Assembly (NCBI GenBank): GCA_963708135.1
Contig: OY970192.1
Span: forward strand, 2,048,001 to 2,112,000
Length of the DNA stretch: 64,000 bases
Direction of reading: 5' to 3'
Source of the DNA: an uncultured Gemmatimonadales bacterium
Lineage (GTDB): Bacteria; Gemmatimonadota; Gemmatimonadetes; Longimicrobiales; RSA9
Part shown: in pieces, positions 44,342 through 54,131 of the stretch
How positions within the stretch are numbered: position 1 is the first letter of the stretch
Layout of the letters: each line of letters begins with the position of its first letter
Position numbers and translations under genes: made by a program
Notes under the pieces: generated by a model
The model's input: only the letters and a program-made list of their open reading frames with translations
What the model was told of the DNA's origin: nothing
Database searches by the model: none

Positions 44342-45249
44342 CGCAGGGAGAGCACCACGGCGAAGGCGGCCAGCACGGCTGCGCCGACCAGGAGCTGTGG
44401 TACGCGCGCGAGCCGGAGTCGTGCCGTGACGGACTCGAGGATGCCGACCGCGACGCCGAGCCCGAGCAGGCCGGCGCCGAATAGCGCCATGTCGCCTTGA
44501 CTGCTGCCCGTCCGGAACGGCAACAGGAGGTCGCCGAGCAGCGCGGCGTAAAGCCAGAGCTTGAGCGCGGCGGCGTACTCGAGGAGCGCGAGGTCGGGAC
44601 CACCGTGGTCGAGGATCATGACCTCGTGGATCATCGTCAACTCGAGGTGCGTTGCGGGGTCGTCGACGGGGAGCCGGGCATTCTCCGAGAGTAGCACCAC
44701 GAGGAGGGCCGCCGCCGCCAGCGCGGGCGCGGCGGCGTTGGCGGCCCAGACCGCGCGCAGATCGGGGCCGAGCAGCCCGCTGAGCGACGCGTGGCGCGTG
44801 CCCAGCGCGAGCACGAGCACGACGCCGAAGAGGGCGAGCTCGGCCAGCGCCGAGAAGAACAGCTCCCGGCTCGCCCCCATCCCTTCGAAGCTCGATCCGG
44901 TATCCAGCGCGGCCAGCGCGGTCGCGAAGCGGGCGAGGCCGAGCGCGTAGGCCACGGCGATGACGTCGCCCGGGAACGCGACTGCCGCGGTCTGCCCGGC
45001 GGCGGGCACGAAGAGCAGTGCCACGGCGACGCCCGCGAGCCCGGCCACCGGGCCGAGGCGGAACAGCCAGGTGGTCGTGCGGCTGTAGACCGCGCCCTTC
45101 CCGAGCAGCCGGGCGAGGTCCCGGTACGGTTGCAGGATGGGCGCCCCCCGACGGCCCGCCATCCGCGCCTTCGTCCTGCCGATCACCCCGCTCAGGAGCG
45201 GCGCCAGGACCAGCGCCGCGAGCCACGTGGCCAGCCCCGCCCCGCTCAC
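44338..45249 (-). CDS. HyfC/HycD (NuoH-like) membrane subunit
   Basis: GRRGAPILQPYRDL, SFEGMGASRE, ENARLPVDDPATHLELTMIHE. Confidence 0.9.
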   Translation of the reverse strand: MSGAGLATWLAALVLAPLLSGVIGRTKARMAGRRGAPILQPYRDLARLLGKGAVYSRTTTWLFRLGPVAGLAGVAVALLFVPAAGQTAAVAFPGDVIAVAYALGLARFATALAALDTGSSFEGMGASRELFFSALAELALFGVVLVLALGTRHASLSGLLGPDLRAVWAANAAAPALAAAALLVVLLSENARLPVDDPATHLELTMIHEVMILDHGGPDLALLEYAAALKLWLYAALLGDLLLPFRTGSSQGDMALFGAGLLGLGVAVGILESVTARLRLARVPQLLVGAAVLAAFAVVLSLR

Positions 45250-47240
45250 CGAAGCCACCCCACGGCGAGCACGAGCAGCACGATCAACGCCGCGAAGATG
45301 TAGAGCAGGTAGAGGTGTGTGCCGCCCCGCTGCAGCCCGCGCGCACGGCCGAGCCATCCCTCGATCCGCTCGAACAGCGGCTGATAGAGCCGGCTGCGAA
45401 ACAGGTCCGGCGTTTCCGAGGCCAGCGAGGCCGCTTCCGGATGGAAGCCCTCCGGCGCGACCACCTCGGCGCGCCGGCTGCTCAGCGTGGGCCGGAAGAA
45501 CGACAGGAGCGGGTCCAGGAGCGACGAGCCCGTGTACTGCGCTCGCGGCGCCGCCTCCCCCTCGTAGCCACACCCCCAGGTCTCGTCCTCCGTCTGCGGC
45601 CGCCCGTGCAGGAGTCCGCGCCGCAGCAGCCCCACCACACCTCCGAATACCAGCAGAGCGACGGCGATCCGCGTGGGCCACCACGCGAGCCGAAACAGCA
45701 GGGTCACAGCGTCCCCCTTGAACGCCCTGAGCGATGCCGTGAGCTCGAGCACCGGACGCACCACCACCAGCATGCCGAGCGACGGAAACACGCCGAGCAC
45801 GACACAGAGCAGCGCCAGAACGTGCATCGGGATCCGCATGGCGCGCGGCGCTTCGTGAGCCGATGCTGCGGCGGCGCCGCGCGGCCGTCCCAGGAAGGCC
45901 ACCCCGAACGCCTTGGCGTACACGGCCGCCGCCACCGCGCCGGTCAGCGCCAGAACGCCGACGAGGAGGAGCCCGGGCCACGCATAGGGAGCCCGGATCG
46001 TCGTCACCAGCGCGAGCCCCGCCGAATAGAGGAAAAACTCGCTGGCGAAGCCGTTCAGCGGCGGTAGCGCGACCCCGGCCAGGGCCCCGATCAGGAAGGT
46101 CGTGCCGGTGTCCCCCATCCGGCGGAGGAGCCCACCGAGGCGGTCCAGCTCGAGTGTGCCCGCCCCGTGCCGGATCGATCCCGCGCCGAGAAAGAGCAGC
46201 CCCTTGAAGAGCGTGTGGTTTACCGCGTGGAAGAGCGCCGCCGCGAAACCGAGCACCGCGGTCACGGCGCTGCCCGTGCTCATTCCGAGGAGCCCGACGC
46301 CGATCGCCAGCGCGAGCACGCCGACGTTCTCGATGCTCGAGTAGGCCAGCAGGCGCTTCAGGTCCTGCTGCGCCCCGGCCGCCAGGATGCCTCCGAGCGC
46401 GCTGACCCCGCCGACGAGCACCAGGAGAGCGCCCCACCACCACGCCGGCGCACCGAGCAGGAGCAGCACCCTGAGGAGCCCGTAGATCCCGGTCTCGATC
46501 ATGACACCGGACAGCACCGCCGAGACGTGGCTGGGCGCTGCCGGATGCGCCTCGGGCAACCAGATGTGGGCAGGCACCAGTCCCGCCTTCGTGCCGAAGC
46601 CGACGAGGCCGAGCAGGAACATCGCGCCGGAGGAAACCCCGCCGGCCGCGACGTACGGCGCGCGGAAGTCCGGAGCACCGCCATGCCCCAGGAGCAGGAA
46701 GAGGACGAGCAGGAACGCCGTGCCGATATGGGTCGCGACGAGGTACGTCCACCCCGCGCGGCGCACCTCCGCCCGCTCGTCCTCGAAGACCACCAGGAAA
46801 TAAGAGGTGAGCGACATCACCTCCCACGCCACCAGGAACAACACCCCGTTCCGGGCCGACAGCACCAGCACTATGGCGGCCATGAGCAGATCGAAGAACA
46901 GCCACGACCACGCCGCTCGCCGCTCGCCCGTCCACGCCTCCAGGTATCGCGCGCCGTAGAGTGCCGCCGCGGCGAAGAGCACGTAGGCCGGCAACAGGAA
47001 GACGGCGCTGAGCCCGTCCGCCTGCAGCGTGAAGGCACCCAGGGGAACGGCCCACGGCAGAGACAACGCGATCGGCCCGGCGCCGAACAGGACGCCGGCG
47101 GCTGCAAGCACGCCCGCTGTCGAGCCTGCGATGCACGCGCCCGCACCGAGCACTCCGGCGCGACGCGTGTTCCGTCCCGCGAACGGAGCGAGGAGCCCGC
47201 CAACGACGGGCAGCAGCAGAGACAGGAGAAGCAGCGTCAC
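45246..47240 (-). CDS. HyfB/HycC-like antiporter-type subunit
   Basis: WEVMSL, KAGLVPAHIWLPEAHPAAPS, KRLLAYSSIEN, PPLNGFASE, WGCGY. Confidence 0.9.
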   Translation of the reverse strand: MTLLLLSLLLPVVGGLLAPFAGRNTRRAGVLGAGACIAGSTAGVLAAAGVLFGAGPIALSLPWAVPLGAFTLQADGLSAVFLLPAYVLFAAAALYGARYLEAWTGERRAAWSWLFFDLLMAAIVLVLSARNGVLFLVAWEVMSLTSYFLVVFEDERAEVRRAGWTYLVATHIGTAFLLVLFLLLGHGGAPDFRAPYVAAGGVSSGAMFLLGLVGFGTKAGLVPAHIWLPEAHPAAPSHVSAVLSGVMIETGIYGLLRVLLLLGAPAWWWGALLVLVGGVSALGGILAAGAQQDLKRLLAYSSIENVGVLALAIGVGLLGMSTGSAVTAVLGFAAALFHAVNHTLFKGLLFLGAGSIRHGAGTLELDRLGGLLRRMGDTGTTFLIGALAGVALPPLNGFASEFFLYSAGLALVTTIRAPYAWPGLLLVGVLALTGAVAAAVYAKAFGVAFLGRPRGAAAASAHEAPRAMRIPMHVLALLCVVLGVFPSLGMLVVVRPVLELTASLRAFKGDAVTLLFRLAWWPTRIAVALLVFGGVVGLLRRGLLHGRPQTEDETWGCGYEGEAAPRAQYTGSSLLDPLLSFFRPTLSSRRAEVVAPEGFHPEAASLASETPDLFRSRLYQPLFERIEGWLGRARGLQRGGTHLYLLYIFAALIVLLVLAVGWLR

Positions 47241-47935
47241 GGGCGCGCTTCGATTCCGGCTCCGCGAGGCGGCGCGCTTCGCTCCAGGCGACGGACCGCC
47301 TCGATGATCTCCACGCCCGGACCGGCGGCGTCCACCAGCGCCCTCACGCCGCCGTCCCGGAGCGCGAACGCCAGCCGCGCGAGCAGGTGGAGGTGCGTTC
47401 GCACGGTCGGGCTGACGATCACGAAGAGCGTACGAACGCCGAGGCCGTCGGGCGAGGCGAGATCAAGCGGGCACCGGAGAAATGCCAGCGTGACGGTGGG
47501 GGCGGCCACATCGAGCACGATCGGCCGGCGAACGTGCGGCACGGCGACCCCGCCGCCTATGGCCGTGGAGCCGAACGTCTCGCGGGCGAGAAGCGCCTCG
47601 AGCAGGAAGGCGCGCTCGCCTTCCGCGGGAAGCGGCAGCCGCGCGACCACCTCGCCGAGAACGCCGGGCAGATCCTGTCCCGGCAGGTCGTGGTGGATTC
47701 CGCCGGCCGCGAGGGCTTCGGCGAGCGAGTCGGCGGGCGAGTCCCCCCACGCGAGCAGGGCGTCGGATCCCAGGTCGATTCCGCGCGCGCCGGCCCACTC
47801 GAGCAGCTCGTCGCGGCTCAGCATCCAGCGCTCACGCGCGTTGTGCGCGGGCAGGCTGCCGTCGCGGATGCCGCGCAGGATCAGCCGTTCCGGAACGTGC
47901 AGCAGGGTCGCGGCGTCGCGAACCGTGAGTCGCAT
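47237..47935 (-). CDS. excisionase-like HTH fused to PTS EIIA (PtsN-like) domain
   Basis: N-terminal LTVRDAATLL..PER; RE..GSTAIGGGVAVPH phospho-His motif; HL.LLARLA. Confidence 0.88.
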   Translation of the reverse strand: MRLTVRDAATLLHVPERLILRGIRDGSLPAHNARERWMLSRDELLEWAGARGIDLGSDALLAWGDSPADSLAEALAAGGIHHDLPGQDLPGVLGEVVARLPLPAEGERAFLLEALLARETFGSTAIGGGVAVPHVRRPIVLDVAAPTVTLAFLRCPLDLASPDGLGVRTLFVIVSPTVRTHLHLLARLAFALRDGGVRALVDAAGPGVEIIEAVRRLERSAPPRGAGIEARP

Positions 47936-48177
47936 TCAGCGCGGACTCGGTCTGGGGTTTGTGCGTCGGGAACTGCAGCCGGGAAGGTGGTCGCGCCCGA
48001 TCTCGTGAAAAGGATAGCGACGGCCGGGGGGCCCGACAAGACATGCCGGGCAGCGGCCCACCCTTCGCCGTTTCCGCTTGCCCGTGGCGTGAACGGCAGC
48101 CAGTATGGAGCCGTCTCTCCGCCGACCCGCGCCGCTGCGGGAGCAGGCGCGGGAGCGACCTGCGTACGGAGCATCGA

Positions 48178-49149
48178 ATGAAGCGAATTCTCGTGACCGG
48201 AGCGGCCGGGCAGATCGGCTCCGAGCTGGTCCCGGCGCTGCGCGCCCGCTACGGCACGGACGCGGTTCTGGCCACCGACTTGCGCGTCCCGGAGGACAGC
48301 GCGGGCGGTCCGTTCCTGCGCCTCGACTGCACGGATCGCAAGGCCCTGGCGGCCGCCGTCCGGGAGCACGGCGCGAACGGGATCTACCACCTTGCCGCCA
48401 TCCTCTCGGCGACCGCGGAGAAGGACCCCCAGCGCGCGCTGGAGTTGAACCTCGGCACCCAGATGAACGCCCTCGAGGTGGCGCGCGCGGCCAGCTGCGC
48501 GCTGTTCACGCCCAGCTCCATCGGCGCGTTCGGCCCCACCACCCCACGCGATCCCGCTCCCCAGGACACCATCCAGCGGCCGACCACCATGTACGGCATC
48601 ACCAAGGTGGCCGGCGAGCTTCTCTGTGACTACTACCACGCCCGCTACGGCGTGGATGCGCGCGGCGTCCGCTACCCTGGCCTCATCTCCTACGTCTCGC
48701 CGCCCGGCGGCGGGACCACGGACTACGCCGTCGACATCTTCTACGCCGCGGTCGAGGGGCGAGCGTACGAGTGCTTCCTCGCCGAGGACACGCAGCTCGA
48801 CATGATGTACATGCCGGATGCCGTGAACGCCGCGATCGCCCTGATGGAAGCCGACCCCGCCCGCCTCCAGCACCGCAACGCCTTCAACGTCGCCGCCATG
48901 CAGCTCACCCCCGCCCGCCTCGCCGAGGCCATCCGGCGCTACGTGCCCGACTTCCGCGTGACATACCGCGTCGACCCGGCGCGCCAGGCCATCGCCGCAT
49001 CATGGCCGCGGCGCATCGATGACACCGCGGCGCGCCAGGAATGGGGCTGGGCCCCGGAATACGGCCTCGATGCCATGGTGGTCGACATGCTGGAACACCT
49101 GTCCCTCAAGCTGGGACGGGCGCTCCCCGCGCTGGAGCGCCGTTCCTGA
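48178..49149 (+). CDS. SDR-type L-threonine 3-dehydrogenase
   Basis: TGAAGQIG, HLAAILSA, PSSIGAFG, YGITK, PGGGTTDYAV, MMYMPD; adjacent to kbl. Confidence 0.88.
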   Translation: MKRILVTGAAGQIGSELVPALRARYGTDAVLATDLRVPEDSAGGPFLRLDCTDRKALAAAVREHGANGIYHLAAILSATAEKDPQRALELNLGTQMNALEVARAASCALFTPSSIGAFGPTTPRDPAPQDTIQRPTTMYGITKVAGELLCDYYHARYGVDARGVRYPGLISYVSPPGGGTTDYAVDIFYAAVEGRAYECFLAEDTQLDMMYMPDAVNAAIALMEADPARLQHRNAFNVAAMQLTPARLAEAIRRYVPDFRVTYRVDPARQAIAASWPRRIDDTAARQEWGWAPEYGLDAMVVDMLEHLSLKLGRALPALERRS

Positions 49150-49172
49150 CCCCTTGCCGAGGAGATGCTGGA

Positions 49173-50399
49173 ATGCCGCTCGATCGAGTCGGACCCGTGC
49201 TGCAGCGCCACGTGGGCGAGCTGGAGGAGAAGGGCACCGCGAAGGGGCGCGAGTCGGTCGTCGCCGGCGTGCTCGCCGCCGAGGGGAGTCGCGGCCCCCG
49301 GTTCCTGCTGGAGGGCCACGGCGACAGACGGTTCCTGCGCATGAACTCCAACTCCTACCTCGGCATGGGGCTCCGTCCGGAGATCGTCAAGGCGGAGGAG
49401 GAGGGAACCGGGCGCTACGGCGCCGGACCGGGAGCGGTCCGCTTCATCAGCGGCACCTACGCCCCGCACGTGCAGCTCGAGCGGCGGCTCGCCGCCTTCC
49501 ACGGCCGCGAGTCCGCCATGATCTTCAGCTCCGCGTACGCCGCCATGATCGGCGTGCTGGCCCCGCTCCTGAGCGCCGATACGGTGGTCGTGAGCGACGA
49601 GCTCAATCACAACTGCATCATCAACGCGATCCGCCTTTCCCGTCCGCTGGACAAGGCCGTCTACCCGCATCTCGACATGGCCGGGCTGGAGGCCGCCCTG
49701 GAGAAGGCCGCAGGCACCGGACGGCGCGCCGTCGTCGTCACGGACGGCATCTTCAGCATGCGCGGAGACCACGCCCCGCTCGATCGCATCATGGAGATCG
49801 CGCGCCGCTTCGACGCCCGCTTCGAGGAAGGGGTGGTGGTGGTGGTGGACGACTCGCACGGCGTGGGCGCGTTCGGCGCCACCGGCCGCGGCACCGAGGA
49901 GCACACCGGGGCGCCTCCGGCCGACCTGCTCGTCGCCACCCTCGGCAAGGCGCTGGGAGTGAACGGCGGCTACGTCGCCTCCTCGGCCGCCGTCATCCGC
50001 TACCTGCGCGAAACGGCACCGATGTACATCTACTCGAACCCGATCACGCCGGGGGAAGCGGAGGCCGCCATCGCCGCGCTGGAGATCCTGGACAGCCCGG
50101 CCGGCGTGAAGCTGGTCGAGCGGCTGCGTGCCCTGACGCGGCGCTTCGAGGCGGGACTGGTCGAGCTCGGCTACGAGGTGATCCCGGGCGAGCACCCGGT
50201 CGTCCCCCTCATGGTGCGCGACACCACGCGTACCCGCGCCCTCGTGAAGCACCTCTTCGAGAACGGCGTGCTGGCCACGGGCCTCGCCTTCCCGGTCGTC
50301 CCCCGCGGCGATGAAGAGATCCGCTTCCAGGTGAACGCCGACCACACGGAGGCGGACATCGACTACGCGCTGGGCGTGCTCGCGGCGGCTCGAAGATAG
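49173..50399 (+). CDS. kbl: 2-amino-3-ketobutyrate CoA ligase (glycine C-acetyltransferase)
   Basis: NSYLG, VRFISGT, DELNH, DGIFSM, DDSHG, TLGKALG, FPVVPRG. Confidence 0.85.
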   Translation: MPLDRVGPVLQRHVGELEEKGTAKGRESVVAGVLAAEGSRGPRFLLEGHGDRRFLRMNSNSYLGMGLRPEIVKAEEEGTGRYGAGPGAVRFISGTYAPHVQLERRLAAFHGRESAMIFSSAYAAMIGVLAPLLSADTVVVSDELNHNCIINAIRLSRPLDKAVYPHLDMAGLEAALEKAAGTGRRAVVVTDGIFSMRGDHAPLDRIMEIARRFDARFEEGVVVVVDDSHGVGAFGATGRGTEEHTGAPPADLLVATLGKALGVNGGYVASSAAVIRYLRETAPMYIYSNPITPGEAEAAIAALEILDSPAGVKLVERLRALTRRFEAGLVELGYEVIPGEHPVVPLMVRDTTRTRALVKHLFENGVLATGLAFPVVPRGDEEIRFQVNADHTEADIDYALGVLAAARR

Positions 50400-50448
50400 C
50401 CGCGGGGCGGGCCGACAGACTCGGGCCGACCCTGGGCACGGCGACGAC

Positions 50449-50495
50449 CCTGCGAGCCTGCCTCCCGGCTTCGCCGGGAAGCGAGCCCGCCAGGG
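50449..50495. terminator. hairpin between convergent kbl and Ig-repeat genes
   Basis: Core TCCCGGC-TTC-GCCGGGA with extended imperfect arms. Confidence 0.4.
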
Positions 50496-50511
50496 CCTCA
50501 CCGATGACGGC

Positions 50512-51450
50512 TTATTTCAGCGCTGCGGTCACGTAGATCTGGGCCGTCGCCGTCAAGCCGTTGAGGCTCGCCCTGATGGTGGCCGATCCGGCGGAGAGCG
50601 CCTTGATGACTCCCGTCGCGCTGACCTTCGCCACGGCCGAGTTGGAGCTGCTCCACGTGGGGGTCGCGGTGGTGTAGACATAGTGACCCGAGGAGTCCAG
50701 CTCGATGGCCGATGCCTGACGGTACTGGCCGATCGCCAGAGTGGCGCTCGACGGGAAGACCGTCAGCGTGTACGAAGAGGATGACGTCGGGGCGGACGCG
50801 GTGATCGTGACCGCCGCCTTCGCCAACTTGCCGCCGGCCGCGGCCGTGATCGTGGCGCTGCCCGCCGCGATCCCCTTGACGACTCCGTTCGAGTAGACCC
50901 GGGCAACCGCCGAATTGGAGCTCGTCCAGGTGATGGTGTACCCGCTGAGCGGTGTGCCGGATGCATCCAGCGGGACGGCGGCGATCTGCTTCGACTGACC
51001 CACCGCCTCGCTCAACGAGGTCGGCGTGAGCTTGATCGACGCGACCGGCGCGGACGCCAGGACCGTCAGGGTCCCGTGCCCGCTATGGCCTCCCGCGGTG
51101 GCCGTGATCGTCGTCGTCCCGCTGCCCCGTCCGTACGCCACCCCCCGGTAGTTCACGGTGGCGGCCGCCGTGTTCGAGCTCGTCCACGTGATCGGCGGCG
51201 GCGACGTCATGACCTGGCCATAGCCGTTGAGAACCAGCGCGGAGAACTGGCGGTACTGGCCCTTGTCGATCGTGGCCGACGTCGGATAGACCGCGACCGC
51301 GACCACCATCGTCAACAGGTCCGCGTGCACGCGGGGATTGGGGACCGCGGAGGATTCGACCGCCGTAGGACTCTGATCGGCGCACGCGCCGGCGCTCGCC
51401 GCCAGCACGAGAAGCGTGACTACCATCCGTCGCCGGTTAGGACTCTTCAT
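50512..51450 (-). CDS. lipoprotein with three bacterial Ig-like (Big_2) repeats
   Basis: Lipobox AGAC; three repeats of P.S....GQ..Q...TWTSSN.A.A.V...GV.....G.ATI.A. Confidence 0.85.
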   Translation of the reverse strand: MKSPNRRRMVVTLLVLAASAGACADQSPTAVESSAVPNPRVHADLLTMVVAVAVYPTSATIDKGQYRQFSALVLNGYGQVMTSPPPITWTSSNTAAATVNYRGVAYGRGSGTTTITATAGGHSGHGTLTVLASAPVASIKLTPTSLSEAVGQSKQIAAVPLDASGTPLSGYTITWTSSNSAVARVYSNGVVKGIAAGSATITAAAGGKLAKAAVTITASAPTSSSSYTLTVFPSSATLAIGQYRQASAIELDSSGHYVYTTATPTWSSSNSAVAKVSATGVIKALSAGSATIRASLNGLTATAQIYVTAALK

Positions 51451-51861
51451 TTCGATTCTCCTGCTGGTGATCCGCGTCAATCGGGCGGACACGTCGGCTC
51501 GTCCGCCGCTGCCAGGCTGCCAGTGTGTCCCTGCTGCGCGAGATCCCGGCGACCGGGTGGATCCCACCCGCACGCCTTCGGCATTGGTCCGTCGGGTGCG
51601 CTGGACCGTTGCCGCCGCTGTCCGGAACGTAGGACTCTCACCTCGCGGGCAGGATCCGCCCGCGTTCCGGGGCCGTCGGCGGCTCTTGCCTGTACAGTCA
51701 CAATGTGGTGTGGCTCACCACCGCGGAACGATGGGTTGGACTGCGAGGCGCTGCTCGAATCCTGTGCTGCAGGGACGCCCTACTTTACCTGGCAGGATCC
51801 GGATGCGCAACCCCCGGACGGGAGCGCCGCGATGGCGCCCCCCCCCGGGGGGCTTGTCCCA

Positions 51862-51893
51862 CCGGCTACGCGGCCCTCGGGCCGCGTGGCCGG
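51862..51893 (-). terminator. hairpin downstream of PEP-CTERM gene A
   Basis: CCGGCTACGCGGCCC-TC-GGGCCGCGTGGCCGG. Confidence 0.45.
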
Positions 51894-51906
51894 CCATCTC
51901 GCGCCG

Positions 51907-52578
51907 TTACGCCGCGTCCTGGTTCCTCCGGCGCCGCCCGGCGAATCCCAGCAGACCGCTGAGACCGGTAGCGAGGAGGATCACCGACGCGGGTTCCGGG
52001 GTCGTCGTCGTCGCAGTAAAGAACCCCGTGATCTGCGTGGTGTTGTCCGGCGGCAGCGAGGTGTTGTTGGCGAGCACCGTCAGCGTCCCGCTTCCGCCCC
52101 CCGGGACCGCGCCCGTGAACGAACGGGTGAGGGTTCCCGTCGAGAATGCCAACTCGACCCCGCCCGTGGTCGGATCGGTCGAAGCCGTCCCATGGATGAG
52201 CGCATAGAACGTCACATCCGGTGAGGACACCGTGGGTGTGAGGAAGGTGAGCAGGAGCGTGAACGGCTCGTTCACCGCGAGTCCGCTCGCCGCGTTCAGC
52301 GTGATCTCCCCGAAGTCGCCGGTCGTTCCATTGATCGCCAGGTCGCCGTTCGAGGTCGTACCATTGAAGTCGACCGGGCTCAGACTCGTGTACTCGAGAG
52401 TCGCCCCGCTCGTGGTGGTGAAGACACCCGTGTTCTCCACCGGCGTGCAGCCAAGGGAGAAGCAGGCCAGGGCGTTCCCGACGATCAGGATGTCCTGCGC
52501 TCGGGCCGCGGTCGCGCTCGCGACTAGCGCGATCACCCCGAGCGCTACGGGTCTGGCGGTTCGTAAGAGTCCCCTCAT
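51907..52578 (-). CDS. PEP-CTERM sorting-domain protein A
   Basis: Signal peptide ending ARAQD; Thr-rich; TTTTPEPAS + TM + RRRR. Confidence 0.92.
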   Translation of the reverse strand: MRGLLRTARPVALGVIALVASATAARAQDILIVGNALACFSLGCTPVENTGVFTTTSGATLEYTSLSPVDFNGTTSNGDLAINGTTGDFGEITLNAASGLAVNEPFTLLLTFLTPTVSSPDVTFYALIHGTASTDPTTGGVELAFSTGTLTRSFTGAVPGGGSGTLTVLANNTSLPPDNTTQITGFFTATTTTPEPASVILLATGLSGLLGFAGRRRRNQDAA

Positions 52579-53228
52579 ACCGTTCCTCCCTCCGCTGTAA
52601 ATTCGGGGCGGCGCTCCTGCCTCTCCCCGTGCTGTGCCTGCGGCGCGGCCAGAGGCGCAGGCTCCCTCTCGGTGTTCGCCGTCGGCGGTGCCGACGACGC
52701 CCGGCCGGTCTTGTGGATCAGCAACGTCTGCTGCCGGTCGCGCGCTCGCTGGCGCGTCCTCGCCCACCGGCGCGCCCAGCGGAACCCGACCACCGCTGTC
52801 GCGGTCGTCATGACGATATACGCCGCCAGAGCTCCGGCCGCTCTGAGGACGGAGAGATCGTAGGTGTGTCGCGCCCTCGGCACGACGCTCCGCCGCAGCT
52901 GTACCGCGTCCAGCGCGAAGCCGCCGGCGACTACGATCAGGGCGAGCGCGGCGATGGCCGACACGAGGACCAGCAGCTGGAAGCCGCGCCGATGCTCGAG
53001 CGTCAGCGTCAGGAACATCGCCAGCACCACGGCGAACACCGGCATTGCCAGATCGCCGCTCAGCAACCCGACCATGCCGACTCGCCACTGCACGCTGCCC
53101 AGGTGGACGGACAGGCCGGTGGAGAGCGCAAATTCCCAGAGCGGCACGACCATCAGAACCGCGCAGAGCAGGTACAGCGGCAGCGCGAGCACTCTGACGG
53201 GCCTGGGATCGCTGGCGAAGCTGGTCAC
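52575..53228 (-). CDS. 4-TM membrane protein A (HpsJ-like by inference)
   Basis: Four hydrophobic segments; LGSVQW and FALD motifs shared with 62136-62636. Confidence 0.7.
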   Translation of the reverse strand: MTSFASDPRPVRVLALPLYLLCAVLMVVPLWEFALSTGLSVHLGSVQWRVGMVGLLSGDLAMPVFAVVLAMFLTLTLEHRRGFQLLVLVSAIAALALIVVAGGFALDAVQLRRSVVPRARHTYDLSVLRAAGALAAYIVMTTATAVVGFRWARRWARTRQRARDRQQTLLIHKTGRASSAPPTANTEREPAPLAAPQAQHGERQERRPEFTAEGGTV

Positions 53229-53328
53229 TCGACACTCCCGACAAATAGAAACCCCGGCACCCCGCCGGCTTCGTCCGTGGGCGCCCGGACACGGGCCGTC
53301 TGTTCACGCGTACGCGTTGCCTCGCTCA

Positions 53329-53344
53329 AGCAACAGCCGTGCCT
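53329..53344 (-). promoter_or_regulatory. sigma54 promoter AGGCACGGCTGTTGCT
   Basis: Near-consensus GGCACG-N4-TTGC about 100 nt upstream of 53228. Confidence 0.75.
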
Positions 53345-53451
53345 TGGCAGGCCCGGAATCGGAGCCTTGCTGGATGCACACGCGGCCAATGCCTTGCGTC
53401 GCGCCCCCGTCCGCTCGGGGGACCGCTCGGCCGTGGAGGTCTGGCCACGTG

Positions 53452-53469
53452 TGTTGTACCGGACCTACA
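53452..53469. promoter_or_regulatory. candidate enhancer site TGT-N12-ACA
   Basis: TGTTGTACCGGACCTACA about 110 bp upstream of the sigma54 site. Confidence 0.5.
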
Positions 53470-53497
53470 GCAGAAATCGGCGTGCGCTGCTTCGTCG

Positions 53498-54127
<630 letters not shown>

Positions 54128-54131
<4 letters not shown>

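Noticed and set aside
47936..48177. Riboswitch between the Ehr operon and tdh
   Set aside because: No recognisable consensus; only generic GC hairpins.
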